A stretch of DNA of 64,000 nt from Rhina ancylostomus. Taxonomy: Eukaryota. The translations under genes and the position numbers were made by a program. The notes beneath the pieces were generated by a model that searched no databases, was not told where the DNA came from, and saw only the letters and a program-made list of their open reading frames with translations. This document shows, piece after piece, positions 26,975-40,789 of this stretch. Position 1 is the first letter of the stretch. Every line of letters begins with the position of its first letter. The stretch is taken from assembly GCA_030265395.1 (NCBI GenBank), contig JARFYF010000063.1, positions 49,572,043 through 49,636,042 on the forward strand, written 5' to 3'.

Positions 26975-27386
26975 ATGGTTAGGCTGCACTTTGCAGTTCT
27001 GGTCTCCACACTACAGGAAGGATGGAGTTGCGCTGGAGAGAATGCAGAGGAGATTCACCAGGATGTTACCTGAATTGCCAGACTTATGGGGAGAGATTGG
27101 ATAGGCTTGTTTTCCCCAGAGTGAAGGAGGCTAAGAGGTGACCTGACAGAAATGTGTAAGATTATGAGAGGTTTAGATAGTCAACATCTTTTTTCCCATG
27201 GTAGGAGTATCAAAAACAACAGAGCATAGGTTTAAGGTGAGAGGTAAAATTTAAAGAAGATCTTGGGGGTAAGTTTATTACACAGTTGTTGATACCTAGA
27301 ATGCTCTGCCAAATGAGATGGTGGAATCAGATACATTTAGTACGTTTATGAGGCATTTAGACAGACACTTAAATAAGCAATGTATA
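26975..27386 (+). mobile_element. CR1 (HER1-like) LINE 3' fragment
   Basis: tgcagttctggtctccaca..tgcagaggagattcaccaggatgtt encodes QFWSP and QRRFTRML, the CR1 C-terminal motifs. Ends at a gap. Confidence 0.8.
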
Positions 27387-27733
27387 NNNNNNNNNNNNNN
27401 NNNNNNNNNNNNNNNNNNNNNNNNNNNNNNNNNNNNNNNNNNNNNNNNNNNNNNNNNNNNNNNNNNNNNNNNNNNNNNNNNNNNNNNNNNNNNNNNNNNN
27501 NNNNNNNNNNNNNNNNNNNNNNNNNNNNNNNNNNNNNNTTTGTAATAAAAGATAAACTTAAAACTAACACAGATGCTTTTTGTTTGTAAATATTGAGTAG
27601 TATTTAATCGTAGCTTATTATTTGATTATAAAAAATGTTCCAACATTTTTAATTCAAGCAGTAAAATATTCAAATACAGCTTTGTCTTGCATTACAGAAT
27701 TTGCTTATAACCAATTTTGCATTTATATTGCAG

Positions 27734-27844
27734 AGAAATATGACAGAGTATTTTGTTGCTGTGAGTGTCAACAATATGTTGCAACTTTATGCCAGTATGC
27801 TGCATGAACGACGCATTATCATTACCTCCAGTAAACTTAGCACT
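27734..27844 (+). CDS. DENND1B: DENND1B internal exon, 111 nt: RNMTEYFVAVSVNNMLQLYASMLHERRIIITSSKLST
   Basis: Acceptor ttgcAG, donor GTgagt. Contains the core DENN motif LYASMLHERRI. QLY and MLHERR are DENND1B-like rather than DENND1A-like. Confidence 0.96.
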
Positions 27845-30800
27845 GTGAGTACTTGTGTTACTTAATGGGAAATGGGATTTTGTTAAAAACATTGCAGCTT
27901 TATACCTCAAAGGCAACAGCACACAGAAGATTTATCCTTCACTATCGTTGCTGGACAGTGTCAAAGAGAGTTGGCTTTGATTGACTTTTGTCTGTAAAAA
28001 GAAAAGTTCAAGCTATACAAAGTCTTCTGAGCCATATTCAGATAAATTAATTACTGCTGGTTATTGGGAGATAGGAGGTTTTTGACTCCGCAGATCTCAT
28101 TTAACTGACTTGTCAATGTACAAGATTCCTTAGAGCCTTTGTGTTTATTATCACTTGGGGCTTATACTTACAAGGCTACTTGAAAAAAGGCAAAAGGCCA
28201 TGATAATAATGGTTGCATCAAGCAGTAATAAGTAAATTCATTTCAGCTTCTGTGTAGCAGCTTGGGAAGATGTAATAATACTATTTTTGAATAAGGCTTC
28301 TAGTGCTTTGTGGCTGAAGAGGAGCTATTTCTGTGATGTTTCAAGGCTTTGCACTCAGATGATGGAGCCAAGTATTCTGAATGCCTGTTTATAGTGCTTA
28401 GGTAATTCAAAGGCGGCTATCGCTCATCAACCAAAGTAATCAGGCCTTCGCACCAGATATGCCTTGTGCTTCATTAACAGTACTTTATTCGATATGCTGT
28501 AAGAAATGGTGCAATTGTCTTCACAAGCGAGTGAAGTTCCAGACCAGTAATGCTCCATTGAATGTCTCCAACAGCATCCTACAGGGGATGATGACCAACA
28601 TTTAGTAACAGTTGTAGTAGATCTAATATCAATGGCACGCAAAATACTATCATTTGTGGATTGAAACTGACCTCAATACCAGTTATTTTCAGGGATTTTA
28701 TTTTACAACGGGTGGGCATTGAATCTTCCCCACTTCCTTAGTCCTATTACTAATTACTCAATTTTTAAAATCCATTCATAGCTAGTTGCTGATGCACTGA
28801 CTCTCCAGTCAGTAATTAATAATATGGTTACCATATGTCCCAGAGAGCTGCCAATGGCCATCAGTGTGTCCCAGGGCAGGACTTCAGAGTGCAACACCTG
28901 AAGCAGGCTCATAGCACAGAGGTCATTCCACCTCACGTGAGTCAGTTCAGACTGTTCATGAAATCCAAAACGAGTTGGTGTGGGAGGGCAGAGAGTACAG
29001 ACAATGTGCCCAATCCAGGATAATCCTGCCCATTGATGTTTCTGAAGTCTCATTCAGCTTTGGTTAGCAGTCATTCCTGTCACAGAAGTTCATCACCTCC
29101 TATATTACTTCTCAAGATCTTTCCTTTTCAAGAGCCGTTTCTCATCAAAAGGGGGTCTCTTGCAATTTTTGACGCGTGATGAAATATGTTTAAGCAAATA
29201 TTTCATCTGGCCAAATTTGAATGTTATCATTTGTTCAGACGTATCCTTCCCTATTGTGTTAACACAACACCCACTTGAACCCCTCACTTCCACCTTCTTT
29301 TCTCTTGCATGTCTGGTCATTTGTGTTCATGTTTCTAGATGTTGAGAGTTGCTTACAGACTTTTGTTTAAATGTTGGTCTCATTCATTGTTTCTGCAGAT
29401 GGCAATCAAGTTTCTCAATTTTTAAGTATGCTTCTGTCATTACTTTGGGGCATTACTGGTGAAATTCAGTATGGCAGGTGAAAAGCGATATAAATGAACG
29501 ATCTCATCAATGTTGTCGAGAAGATGTGCTTCAAAATGCAGATAGTTGCCAACAGAATCAAAAATAGAAAATGCTGCCGTGTTTTGGTTACGTGAAAGGC
29601 TTTGGAAATGGTTCCCCTTGTCTTTTACCTCTACTGCTTATCCCTTGTAGCATTTCCTGCCTTTGTTTCAGGTTTCCCCAAGCAGCAATATTTTGCTGCT
29701 TGTTCACACTAGTGAATGGAATGTTTTGCCTAAAGATAATTTCTCAAGAACTGAACTTATAAATATTTTTGCTTCCCTCCCACCACATTCCCTCTTCTCG
29801 GTCCTGTTTTTTTTACAAGAAGTATTAACAACAATAAAGTTATCTTTTAAGTTAGTTGTGAGTGACAGGTTTTTGAGGCAGTCCAAGGTGTGATGTCATC
29901 CCATGGCTATCGTCTAGTTACTGTTGATGCCACAGGGTAACATGAGTGATAAGAGCCTGAGAGCTTCAAGGCTTCACTTGTGGGAGGTTGCTTGAATCTA
30001 TCCTGTAGAATTTGAAATTTATGGCTTTGCAGATTCTGGAATAGCAATTTAAATTGAGTTTGTTTTTTTGAGGGTTGAGATTAGTTGTGTCGAATTTAAA
30101 TATTTGCAGTCTTTGTCCTTGCTCCGGTTTCGGATGACTTGCATAATGTCAAAGACAGTTTGATCATTTACCATAATGTTGAAGAAAGTGCATCCTCTTA
30201 CCCAGGAAGTGTGGAAAATAAATTATTTTAAATTTACTATTAGAATGAAGGATCAAGTTAAGTTCTGCTCTGGATATTATTTGGGGATTTTAAGTACCAT
30301 AAGATGACTTTGTTTTGAAGTTCAATTTGCATTTCTTCTTCCATTCTCTTCATTCCAGGTTCAGTGAAGTATTAGCTAAATAATGTACCTGTTTGCAGTT
30401 CAAAGGTCTCTGGCACCAGTTCTAGGATGGAAAGTGACTGTACTGTCAGAAACACCTGTACCTGCATTAGTCTGGGGCAGGGTCCCAGAGAAAGGATAAA
30501 TAGGACCGATGAGTAGGGGTAGGTAAGGTCAATTGGGCACGGAGGGGAAGAAGGTCCAATAGTTCCAAGAGAAAGATGGTGAGTAGAGTTAAAAATCATG
30601 CTTTATGTACTGCNNNNNNNNNNNNNNNNNNNNNNNNNNNNNNNNNNNNNNNNNNNNNNNNNNNNNNNNNNNNNNNNNNNNNNNNNNNNNNNNNNNNNNN
30701 NNNNNNNNNNNNNAGTTAAAAATCATGCTTTATGTACTGCAGATAAAGGGAAAATTAAAAGAAGATTAATTAATATTAATTGAATGGTTAGAGAAGGTTA

Positions 30801-33800
30801 ATTGATGTACGAATAAAACATCAGACAGAAGGTTAGAACATACAACCCAAAAAGGTACACACAAGCACATGTGGGAGAATAGAGAAAATGGTAGAGTGGT
30901 AACGATTAGCTTTAGTGATGAAGGATGAAAAGATATTTGGAATGGATTTTAAAATCAGCGCAACACTTTTTGCATTTATATTAGGAAAAATGATTTGTCA
31001 AGAGCAATGCGCGTCTCTTGAAAAGTGTTGTAGGTGTTGTAAATTAATGAAACTGGCCCTCCTATTAAACAATAACTGTGAAACATGATTCACAGTATGC
31101 TGGACATGGAAAGGGAGCTAATATTGAATTGGAGATGGAAAGTGACCCAAATTAATGCAAGCAAAGTAATAGTAATATTTTTAAAAAAATAGTAAGACAT
31201 GGCAAACCGCCTTCTCCCAAAGACGTTTGCTAGTGATACTTACTATAGGTGAAGAATCCTGAAGTTAACCTCAACCACCGGATATAAGATATTCCCATAT
31301 TNNNNNNNNNNNNNNNNNNNNNNNNNNNNNNNNNNNNNNNNNNNNNNNNNNNNNNNNNNNNNNNNNNNNNNNNNNNNNNNNNNNNNNNNNNNNNNNNNNN
31401 NTATCCTCATTGTCATCACCCAGTATTCTGTCGCATGTTGTTCAGCAGTGAACAGTGCTGAAAAATTGTACATATTATCCAATGGTAAACACTCACAATA
31501 GGTACAGTATGTTGTGTTGTGCTTATACTTAAGGCCATTTGTGAATATTTTTATTGTTTTTCTTCTAAGATTACCATATGACCCTTCTCAGTGGTGGCAG
31601 AAGCCTTCACTTAGGATGCAGAGCACACTAGCAGACCATTCAGCCCAGCTAATCCGTGTCAGTTTTGTGCTCCCATTCTTTTCCCCCAGCACCCCCAAAT
31701 GCTTCCATTAATGGTATCACCAAGAATTTCTCCCACAGGTACATATCTCCTCGTTTTCCTTCCTGCTTTTATCAATTATCTCAATACCAACATTCTGACG
31801 ACTCCCTGTGCAAAGAAATTTCTCCTGAATTCCTCAGAGAGAGCCAGAAAATTTAGCTAAATCGTCACCAAGTGATCTGGAATGAGGGCTGGTAAATTAA
31901 AGGTAAGTCTGGATTGGCTTTGGAGCTTGGAGAACAGCAGGACCATCTGGCATATTGAGAATCAAAAAGTGGCTACACACACAAGTTAAAATATTTAGCA
32001 TGTATGAGAGAGAAATTCAACAGTATTAAAAGCAAAGCAATAATGCAGGACATAGTCAGCTTCAACTCTTTCTCCTGACACTGTTTTTCCTCTTGTGCCT
32101 CTTTTGCTAAAGAGAGTTTGAATTGTATCTCAAAGAAAAACGAGTCCTGTCATACATTTTAATTTTGAAGGGGTTGATATCATCAGTGAAACGACATTTT
32201 TTTGCAGTGGTAGGTAGACAGTTCACTGTAATAAGAGTGAGAATGCTGATGTTATGTGTGAAGCATTTAAGTCTTGGCTCTGAACGAACATACTGTGGAA
32301 GATGTTTTGAACATCAAGCAGTACTCGTGCTGCATTCAAGGCCAAGATACAAATCATGATTTTACAACAGTGCATAAGCTGACTTATTGCTGTTTTGTGC
32401 CAATAGGTAAGCAGTATCGCAGTTTAAAGCCATGTCATCAGTTTTCAAGTCAGTCAACCGTGCAGGCTTGTCATATGCCTGTATAATTGTTCCACACCAG
32501 GCTTTCTTTAACTAGTCAGCTGGGGCCGTGCATTTTGTCTTGGAGACTTTGGCTGGCCTGCAGCTGACAAGAGGCTTCTCATCATCCTGTCAGACGTATG
32601 CTAACCAGAGTGTATCATTTGCAACATACAGTGGCTCCCAAGCAGGTTGTTTCTACATGGACCTGCTGTCAATATGTGTGTGGTAAGTAAGTCCAATGTT
32701 ATATACAGAATATCATCTTTGCAGAACAGGAGAGCAGCCAAAACAAACTCCAGTCAAAAGCCCTTCACCTTGTAAACCCATCTCTTTTTGCCACTTTTTG
32801 TATGGATTCTCAAAACTTCCACCTTGTTTATAAATAAACCATGACTGTTTCCTTGGCCTTGAGGCCTTGTTGAAATAATTGGAGTCAGTTGCCTGAGTTT
32901 TCTGAGCCATTACTTCATGGCGTTGGCTGCTGAAAGGTTGTTTCCTCAGGGACAAGGCAGCAGCTTGTTTGCAGTGTCCATGTGGCCTCTGAAACTGGTT
33001 GGTTATGTCAGAGTTCTGCTGAGAGTTTCACTGGGTCAGGAACTGACTGCATGTTCATGTTATAATGATTTCTAGTTGGAAGTAATAAGAATTACTTCAA
33101 CTAAACTGCATCTATTGCATTACCCTGCTGAAAATGGACATGAATTGTCGACAATTATATTGTTTCTTTTAAATTTTAATTGGCACATTCTTCTGATAGG
33201 TCAACTTTTTTAGAAATTTATATTTGCATCAGTACCAGGTATAAGTTTTATCTTAAGTATATTCATTGTAAACACATCTGGTGCAACCAGTGTAATAAAT
33301 AACATGAAATTCAGCCATTTCATCTCACCAGATCAACACAATCAGGCCCCCCTTCAACATATAACCTTCATAATCCGATCTAATTGTAAATGAGCTGCAC
33401 ATTTTTTTAACAAAATATATGCACAAGTTGCAGATGAAGTGAACACAGGCAATGAAATTCACATCCTCCAGTTTGACTGGAGCTTGTTTTATGTGTCTTT
33501 GACAGTCAACAGAGATTCTGTTCGATTAGTAAGATAATAGAGGATAAATAATCCAAACTTCATTGTGAAAAACGTTTCCCTAAAGAAGCAGTGATTATGT
33601 ACTTCCACTCCATACTGAAGTACAAACACTTGCCTATTACTGATTTGTTTAAAAAGATAAACACTTTTGTATCCTCTTTGTACGTACATATGCTAACAGG
33701 AATACTGGTATAATTTTGCATAAGTATTTTAACTGATTCAGGCTGGGAAATGCAAAGCAGTTTCAATTTCACCAGTGCTGCAGCTGTTTTCCAAATTCAG

Positions 33801-36800
33801 TCTAAATCTGTCAGAGCCAGACTTCACTCCAGAGCACACCCAACTAAATCTCTGGATCTCTGTTGTTTTGAAACTGGGTTGGGTCCTGCCTACATTTAAT
33901 ATATGCGAGCTTAGTGTTAGCAGTTTGCATCAACCATGAACTTAAAAAAACAACTTTTGCAGGTAAAGCATTTAAGTTATTTTTAATTTATGTAACTTTA
34001 ACCTTTTGGATGTTGTAAGAAGGCCTTATTTCCCATCCTTCATTACTCTGGTGCAAACTGTCATTTTGTGCCTTTTCAGTACTTGTGACAATGCTCCCAC
34101 AATAAGGGTTCAACAGGGAATACCTGGATTCGGGCTGAGCAGCAACATTTTGCAGCATCATATTTCCCAAGTCAAGATGGCAATTTGGATATGATGTTCT
34201 CCTGACTTTATAGCTTCAGATACTCTCAGTGGCAGATCCTGGGGAACAGGGAGATACTGTCCAATTGATGGTGATTTACTGTAGATAGATAATGCATTCA
34301 TTGTTAGAGTGGGGAAGTAAGGTTTTTTTTCTACCTTACAAAATAATGTCAAAATTCTTTTAAGTTTTTCTACTCTGTCATGATTTCAACTAAATATTGT
34401 GAAATATAATTTATGTAAAATGGAATGATAGCAGAGCAAAGCTGCATGGTACTGAACTTACCATATACAGAGGGGAGGAAAGATGTTAAATTATCCACAA
34501 GAAAAATGGTGACTGGGTTTAGTTCTTGTCGTCACTGTATTGTGATGCCTGCATTACAATCTCTATTATATTTGTGCTGACGTAATATTAAAAAAAAACA
34601 TTATAATAAATTGTTTTTTTAAAATCATGCATCATCTCCCTGAAAATTGGAAGTTGTTTTCTTTATTTTGGACTGAAACGGTGTTAAGGGAGAGAAGTCA
34701 GTTTTGGTTACCACTTTGAATAGGTGCTTTTTTTCCCAACAGAGGGCATTTTTGTTCACTTGATTTTTATTGGTACAAATACAAAGAAACTCATGACAGT
34801 AGAAATTATAAATGGTATTGAAATGGTTCACTCCTTCCTGCGATGTGAATAGCATTGGGGCAGTTAGGTTAAGAATTGTGCCCAGTAGCGCAATTGGTGT
34901 AGTGCTCAAAACAATCAAGGGATATTAAAGGGCCTCACTAAGTGCACCATTTGACAAGATCTCAGGATGAGAAAACCCTTTGATTTCAGCAATGTGTTTG
35001 AGTCTGCAAGTGATTGGAACAAAATACAGTATTTAAACAAGTAATGACTGGAGTTTTATGGAAGTTGGCTCTGAAATGTTGCCTTGAAAAAACTGCAGAA
35101 CAAAGCTCTTGTGTTCAATAAAACATTTAGTTTTCAGCTTCAGGTTATTTATAACACTCAGTCATTTCTTCACCCCATGGGATAGGTTCGTAGTACCACA
35201 GCCATAAGGTCAGTATTTGTGTTCTGTAATGTTGTGCTAAAATATTCAGTTTAGTTTAACAAGGAATAGCAATGAGGTATAACTAAAACTGGTATTGTTG
35301 GTTGGTTTCTTTTGTCAGCAGCACTAACTGGCCAGCTCTTCACCAGATTAACAATGTACCGCTTCCTGCTGAGAAGTTAATCAAGGTACTAGTTGAAGGT
35401 TATTTGTTGAGGTACTTCGGTGATCAGGAAGGATATAGAGTGGTGGTGGAGTTGCTGATAGCAGCAGGCAAGGGACTTGGCTTCTTGGAGAGTGAGGCCC
35501 ATAGACAAAGGCAATTTTGCAGAAAAAGGAAATGGATGGCGAAGAATGGTGTAGGATGAAATATTGGAAGCATGAGTGTGAGAGATCACGAAAGGAACAT
35601 CCAATCTTCATGTCAACGTGGCTTCTGGTTGCCTCAGTGAATCATCAAAATCGTAGGCTGTGCCACAGTGACATGCACAGGCTAGAGACTGCAGCTGCAT
35701 CCAAACATGAACTTACAGTTGCAAGGTACTCTGCTGTAATTCTTGACTTCATGTATAAAAAAAATTGAAAGAAGTCCATTGCAGCACCACCACCTACAGG
35801 CATGGTAGGTACTGCTGTTAAATATAGTCACATAGCAAATTACGTTTCGAAAAGGACATTTACGTGAATTAAGAGGTGGAAAGTTTTGTGGTTGTCCAAA
35901 GAGTGAATTTTGATATATTAGAGAGAGGTCATGTTTCTCTTGCTGCAATGGTCAGGGGCAATATCAGAATTGGCCAGTAATTGTAACCCAACTATAACTT
36001 CAAAGAGAAGTGGTGTGAGATTACTCTGTGGAGTTAACCACGCTTTGTTTCCGCTGGATCTCAGTCTGGCCTCTCAGCATTTTGCAAAATTTGGTTATTC
36101 TGATTATCAGTAATTGAAATGTTGATGCAGTGCAGACTCTTCATGTCATACTCTTAAAATATTTCAGTTTTGAGCACTGTGAGGTGAATTCTGTGCAGAG
36201 TTGTAAGCATGACAATGGAATTCTCTCTTGGTCAAGAGCATTGTATCTACAAATCATTTTGTGGCTGCAGAGGATAACAGCAGCCTCAAGTCACAGTACC
36301 ATATTAATGTATTTGTTTTCCTAATCCTTAATCCTATGTTACAATTTGTCAATTCATTCAACATTTCAGCAGTAAAATGGTGAAAACAATCAATATCTGC
36401 GTTTTTGTCACAGATGGGGCACTTCATGTGGCCACTTACAAATTGTATCAGTGCTTCTGATGAATTATCATGTCGGTAGATTCTTCTAGTGGTTTGGGAG
36501 ATGGTTGTAAGATGCATTAATCAGACAGGGTTCCATTTCGACGGCAACTGTCAGTCTCTTTTTCAGTACTGATTTTAATCCAATTACAACCTCAAATTTC
36601 AAGTGCAGAATGCATTTTTATTATTATTTATAACAATTTTATGATTGTTTATGAATGTACTTACCTCTGTTGAATGCTCAACTCCCTTCTGAGCACTAGA
36701 AATGCTTGGCTATTATCTTTGCAGCTCTAGAACCTTTGAGTAAATCTCAAAGGCGCTTTCAATATGGAGGTAACTACCATAGTGTGTCATTCTAAAACTC

Positions 36801-37694
36801 TATTAAAATCCCCAAGAATAAAAAAAATTTCCATAATGTTTATTTTATGGTGAATAATGAATAACTTGTATTTTGGATTTAGCTTGTATTTATTAGCAAC
36901 AGAACCCTATATGGACTTTTTATGGAGTGTGGGGTTATGTTTGTATTAATAGTCCTTTGGAAATGATTTGTTTAATTGATTTTCATTAGGAATGCAACTA
37001 GGAAACAATAAGGGTTTCAGGAGTACAGGAGGTATCAGCCTTAGAGTGACACTTGTTTCCTTAAAAAAAAAGGATCTAGCTCCACACAGTGTCAAATCTA
37101 CAGTCTTGGAATTATTCAAATTATGTTTTATTTATATAAGATTACATTACAAATCTGCTAAGAATATGGAAATTATTTTTATGACTGCCGTAGTAATTTT
37201 AAGAAGTTTAACGTAATGTTCAGATAGACAATAAGATCGAGAAATTCTCTGTTTTTGATCTTTTTGTGTGTACTTTGAAAGTACATTGGAACTCAGTCCT
37301 GCATTGTAATCTAGGTGTAATGTATTGTCTGAGGCAAACTATAACTTTGGGTGCATTAGCTACTTTCAGCAGTGTGTAATTAGGCGCTTTAACAGTTATC
37401 AGACTATTGAGTATGTCGCGACTCAAACAAAACGCAGGAGGTTAATGCAAAGTTGGATGATATCTTGCAAGAATAAAATGTCCCTTGTTGCTTTCGATTT
37501 TTGTGGTAGGTTTGCGAAGTTCATGATAGTGTCAATGCAACTTTCCAAGCACTATGGATCATAAAAATATAATTAGTGATGCATTGCTGGAGTGATAGTA
37601 AAATGATATTGAATGCTATCTACACCAGCCAATGACAGGAAAGTGTTGACAGGAAAGGATGGGCAATGAGCATCTGAAGTCCAGTGAGATGAAC

Positions 37695-38225
37695 AGTGAA
37701 ATGGTGACAGAGGAGACCGCAGATGCTGGAATCCAGAGCAAAAATCAGACTGCTGAGGGATCTCAGCGGGTCGAGCAGCATCTTGGGGGAGTGGAAGAAG
37801 GAATTGTCAACGTTTTGGGTCAAGACTCTGCGTCGGGACTGAAAGTGGAGAGGAAGATGGTCGGTATAAAGAGGAATCAGATTTATTATCACTGATGTAT
37901 GATGTGAAATTTATTGTTTTGCAGCAGCAGTACAGTGCAGAGACAAAAATTTATTAGAAAAATAAATAGTGCAAAAAGAAGCATAATGAGGTAGTGTCCG
38001 TGGATCGTTCAGAAATCTGATGGGGAAAGGGAGAGGGATGAGACAGAGGCTGGTGGGTAATCGGTGGACTGAGAAGGAGTGGAGGATGATGGGCAGAAGG
38101 AGCCAGGTGGGGCAGGGGTGAAGTTGGAAGGTGGGTGATTGGTGGAAGCAGACAAGGGAGAGAAAGAAGGTGGATGGAGTCAGGTGGGGAAAGGAGGGTG
38201 AAAGTGGAGATAGCAGCTAAAATAG
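37695..38225. mobile_element. Penelope-like element end, interrupted by a Rex1-type LINE tail at about 37876-38025
   Basis: gagaccgcagatgctggaatc..cagcgggtcgagcagcatc followed by a G/A-rich body. The insert begins aatcagatttattatcact. Confidence 0.6.
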
Positions 38226-39772
38226 TAAACTATTTGAAGGGATATGATATTGATGGATACAACGTTGAATGGCATCCCTCATTGTTGCAGCTCCATTGAA
38301 GTAAAGAACATTCTTCCTACTGGGGTGCTCGTGCATAAGGAATAAATCACAGAATAAATGATGACTACTGCATTGAAACCCCAAGGCAATATGTATATTA
38401 TGAAGAATTAGACCACATGCAATCTTATAATTTTAAAATGAAGTGGTAATGGTGTAAGCATTGATGACTGTGTATGGTGATTTAAGTGAATATTTTTTCT
38501 TGAAATGCAATTTAATATTTCTTAACCATCAGCCTACTTTATGATGCTTTATTTCTGTGTAATGGTTTGGGGGTTAAATAAAAACATTGCTATCTAGATT
38601 TTGTCCACTCAAGTGGAATTGATGTACTTTGAAAATTAAGAATTTTTGTGGGTCCATTCGTGTGGAAATAGGGAATGGAAGTGGAGCAAGTTCGGTAGCA
38701 CCTCCCAAATCCATGATTTCCACCATCAAGAAAAACAAGGGCTTTAGGCACATGGGAATACCATGACCATGTGTTCCTTTTAAGTCGCACAGCAGCCAGA
38801 CTTGGAAATATATTGCTGGTCCTTTGTCACCGGTTCTATATCCTGGGACTTATTACCCAATTGCATTCTGAGAGTACATGTAGCAGTTCAAGGCAGCTCA
38901 CCACCACCTTGTCAAGTGAAAATAGGGGTGGTCAATTAATAGTGGCCTTACCAGTGACACCCAGATTCCAAAATTGGGCAATTAAACAAAAAAATTATAG
39001 ATGAATGTTTTTAAAAAAAAGATGGAATGTATTGCCAGCTTAAAAAATTGCACTGTTTAAATTATAAATGCTCTCAATGGAAGACTAATGTATTATTGGT
39101 AGTAACAACTGTGGGTTTATTGTTGTTTATAAAAATTGTTTTGTGAGATGACCCATAGTGTCAAATAATCTTTGTAATCTAATTGTATGGCTTGCTTAGA
39201 CCAGTAGAATAGTCACATTAAGATGCATTTGTATAAGCAAGCTTTACTGTTTTTGTACATGGTTCCCATTGCAACACAAAAGCAAATAAGTCAGTTCCAG
39301 AGCATTGGCTAGAGATGAAAAGCTATAATATATTTATGCTTTCAACTGTACAGCTGTTTAGCTCGGGCAGTTGCTGGTCAATAGTGGCATTCCATGTGTC
39401 AGTGAACAAATTCTCTTGATAACTCAAGCTGCAGTTCACACATCACCATAGCTCCAACTGTCGAATGTTTCAATCCCTCAGTGTTTTTCAGCCTCGAGAC
39501 TCTCCTGGCTGGCTCATGTTTCATTCTTGGCAATTTGCCCTAATGATATCCCTCAGGAGCCTTCAGACCCTGTTCTTTTCCATATTTAATCATGTTATTT
39601 TAATCCTGAAGATGAGCAAATTATGGTGCAGACGTGACCTTTTCACTGTTGTACATTTTTTTTTATCATTAAACATTTTTAGCATAAGGATTTACAATCG
39701 ACTGTTTTGTGCTTTGCTGTGGTTTTCTGGTCAATTTTGTTCGTTAAAGTATTGTTGTTTTTTTATTTTCAG

Positions 39773-39873
39773 TTAACGGCTTGTGTTCATGCATCAGCTG
39801 CCATGATCTATCCAATGTATTGGCAGCATATTTACATCCCAGTGCTCCCTCCCCACCTGCTGGACTATTGCTG
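39773..39873 (+). CDS. DENND1B: DENND1B internal exon, 101 nt: [33 protein letters not shown](C)
   Basis: Acceptor ttttcAG, donor GTaagg. Contains the DENN signature [14 protein letters not shown] and ends in phase 2. Confidence 0.97.
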
Positions 39874-40789
39874 GTAAGGCTACTAATCTACCTTTGAGAT
39901 CTCTGCTTTAGTTACCATTGTAGATTTTAAAACTCTGGATNNNNNNNNNNNNNNNNNNNNNNNNNNNNNNNNNNNNNNNNNNNNNNNNNNNNNNNNNNNN
40001 NNNNNNNNNNNNNNNNNNNNNNNNNNNNNNNNNNNNNNNNACACCAGGATTCTGTATATTAATATGACAGTGTCATGAGGTTTATAGAACCACCATTGGT
40101 GCTTGATCCACTGTGTAATCATTATGGATGAGTGCATTGCAGGTTCCTGGGATATACTATTTCTTTTCTTCTAGCACTTTAATAAAAGGAAAGAATTGAA
40201 CAAGTGTATCTAATTCCTGTAAGAAAATTTCCACAGAAGCCTTTAAAAGCTGTTGCAAAATCTGTTTGTTTATTGCCATTTATTTCTCCATGGCATTTGC
40301 ATAGTGAAAAGAGGATGAAAGATATTTGCAACTGATTGATATGAGCTCATTTGTTAGCCCTCGGCAATATGTTTTGAGGTGGTGCCAGGTAATTTTTAAA
40401 AGTGAGTTGCAGCACTGTCTAATGAGTTCATCTTAAAAAATAGGAACTGTACTATCAACACCTGAAAATACTTAAACTCTATTTCAGCAAAATAAAAATA
40501 ATCTTTCACTTGATTACATAGAACAGTGCAGCACAGGAACAGGTTGGACATCTTTGTTTGATCAGTTGCCTTGTGTACTCTCATGCATAAGGGCAGAATT
40601 TATATAAGAAAATTGATCCCATCATGTCCACATTGTGGCCCATCTGCTTATCTATGTGCAACTTCATGTGTTTTGTGTTCCAAAATCTGTAATCACTATT
40701 GTCACAATATATACTGAGTCCACTATTGATTATCAACAGCAGGCTGTATACTCACTATTTCATGATGCAATATAAATATGCTTCTGATG

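Noticed and set aside
30359-30522. Pseudo-exon with a strong acceptor and TAG|GTAAGG donor
   Set aside because: Immediate in-frame stop and no homology. Such site pairs are common in long introns.
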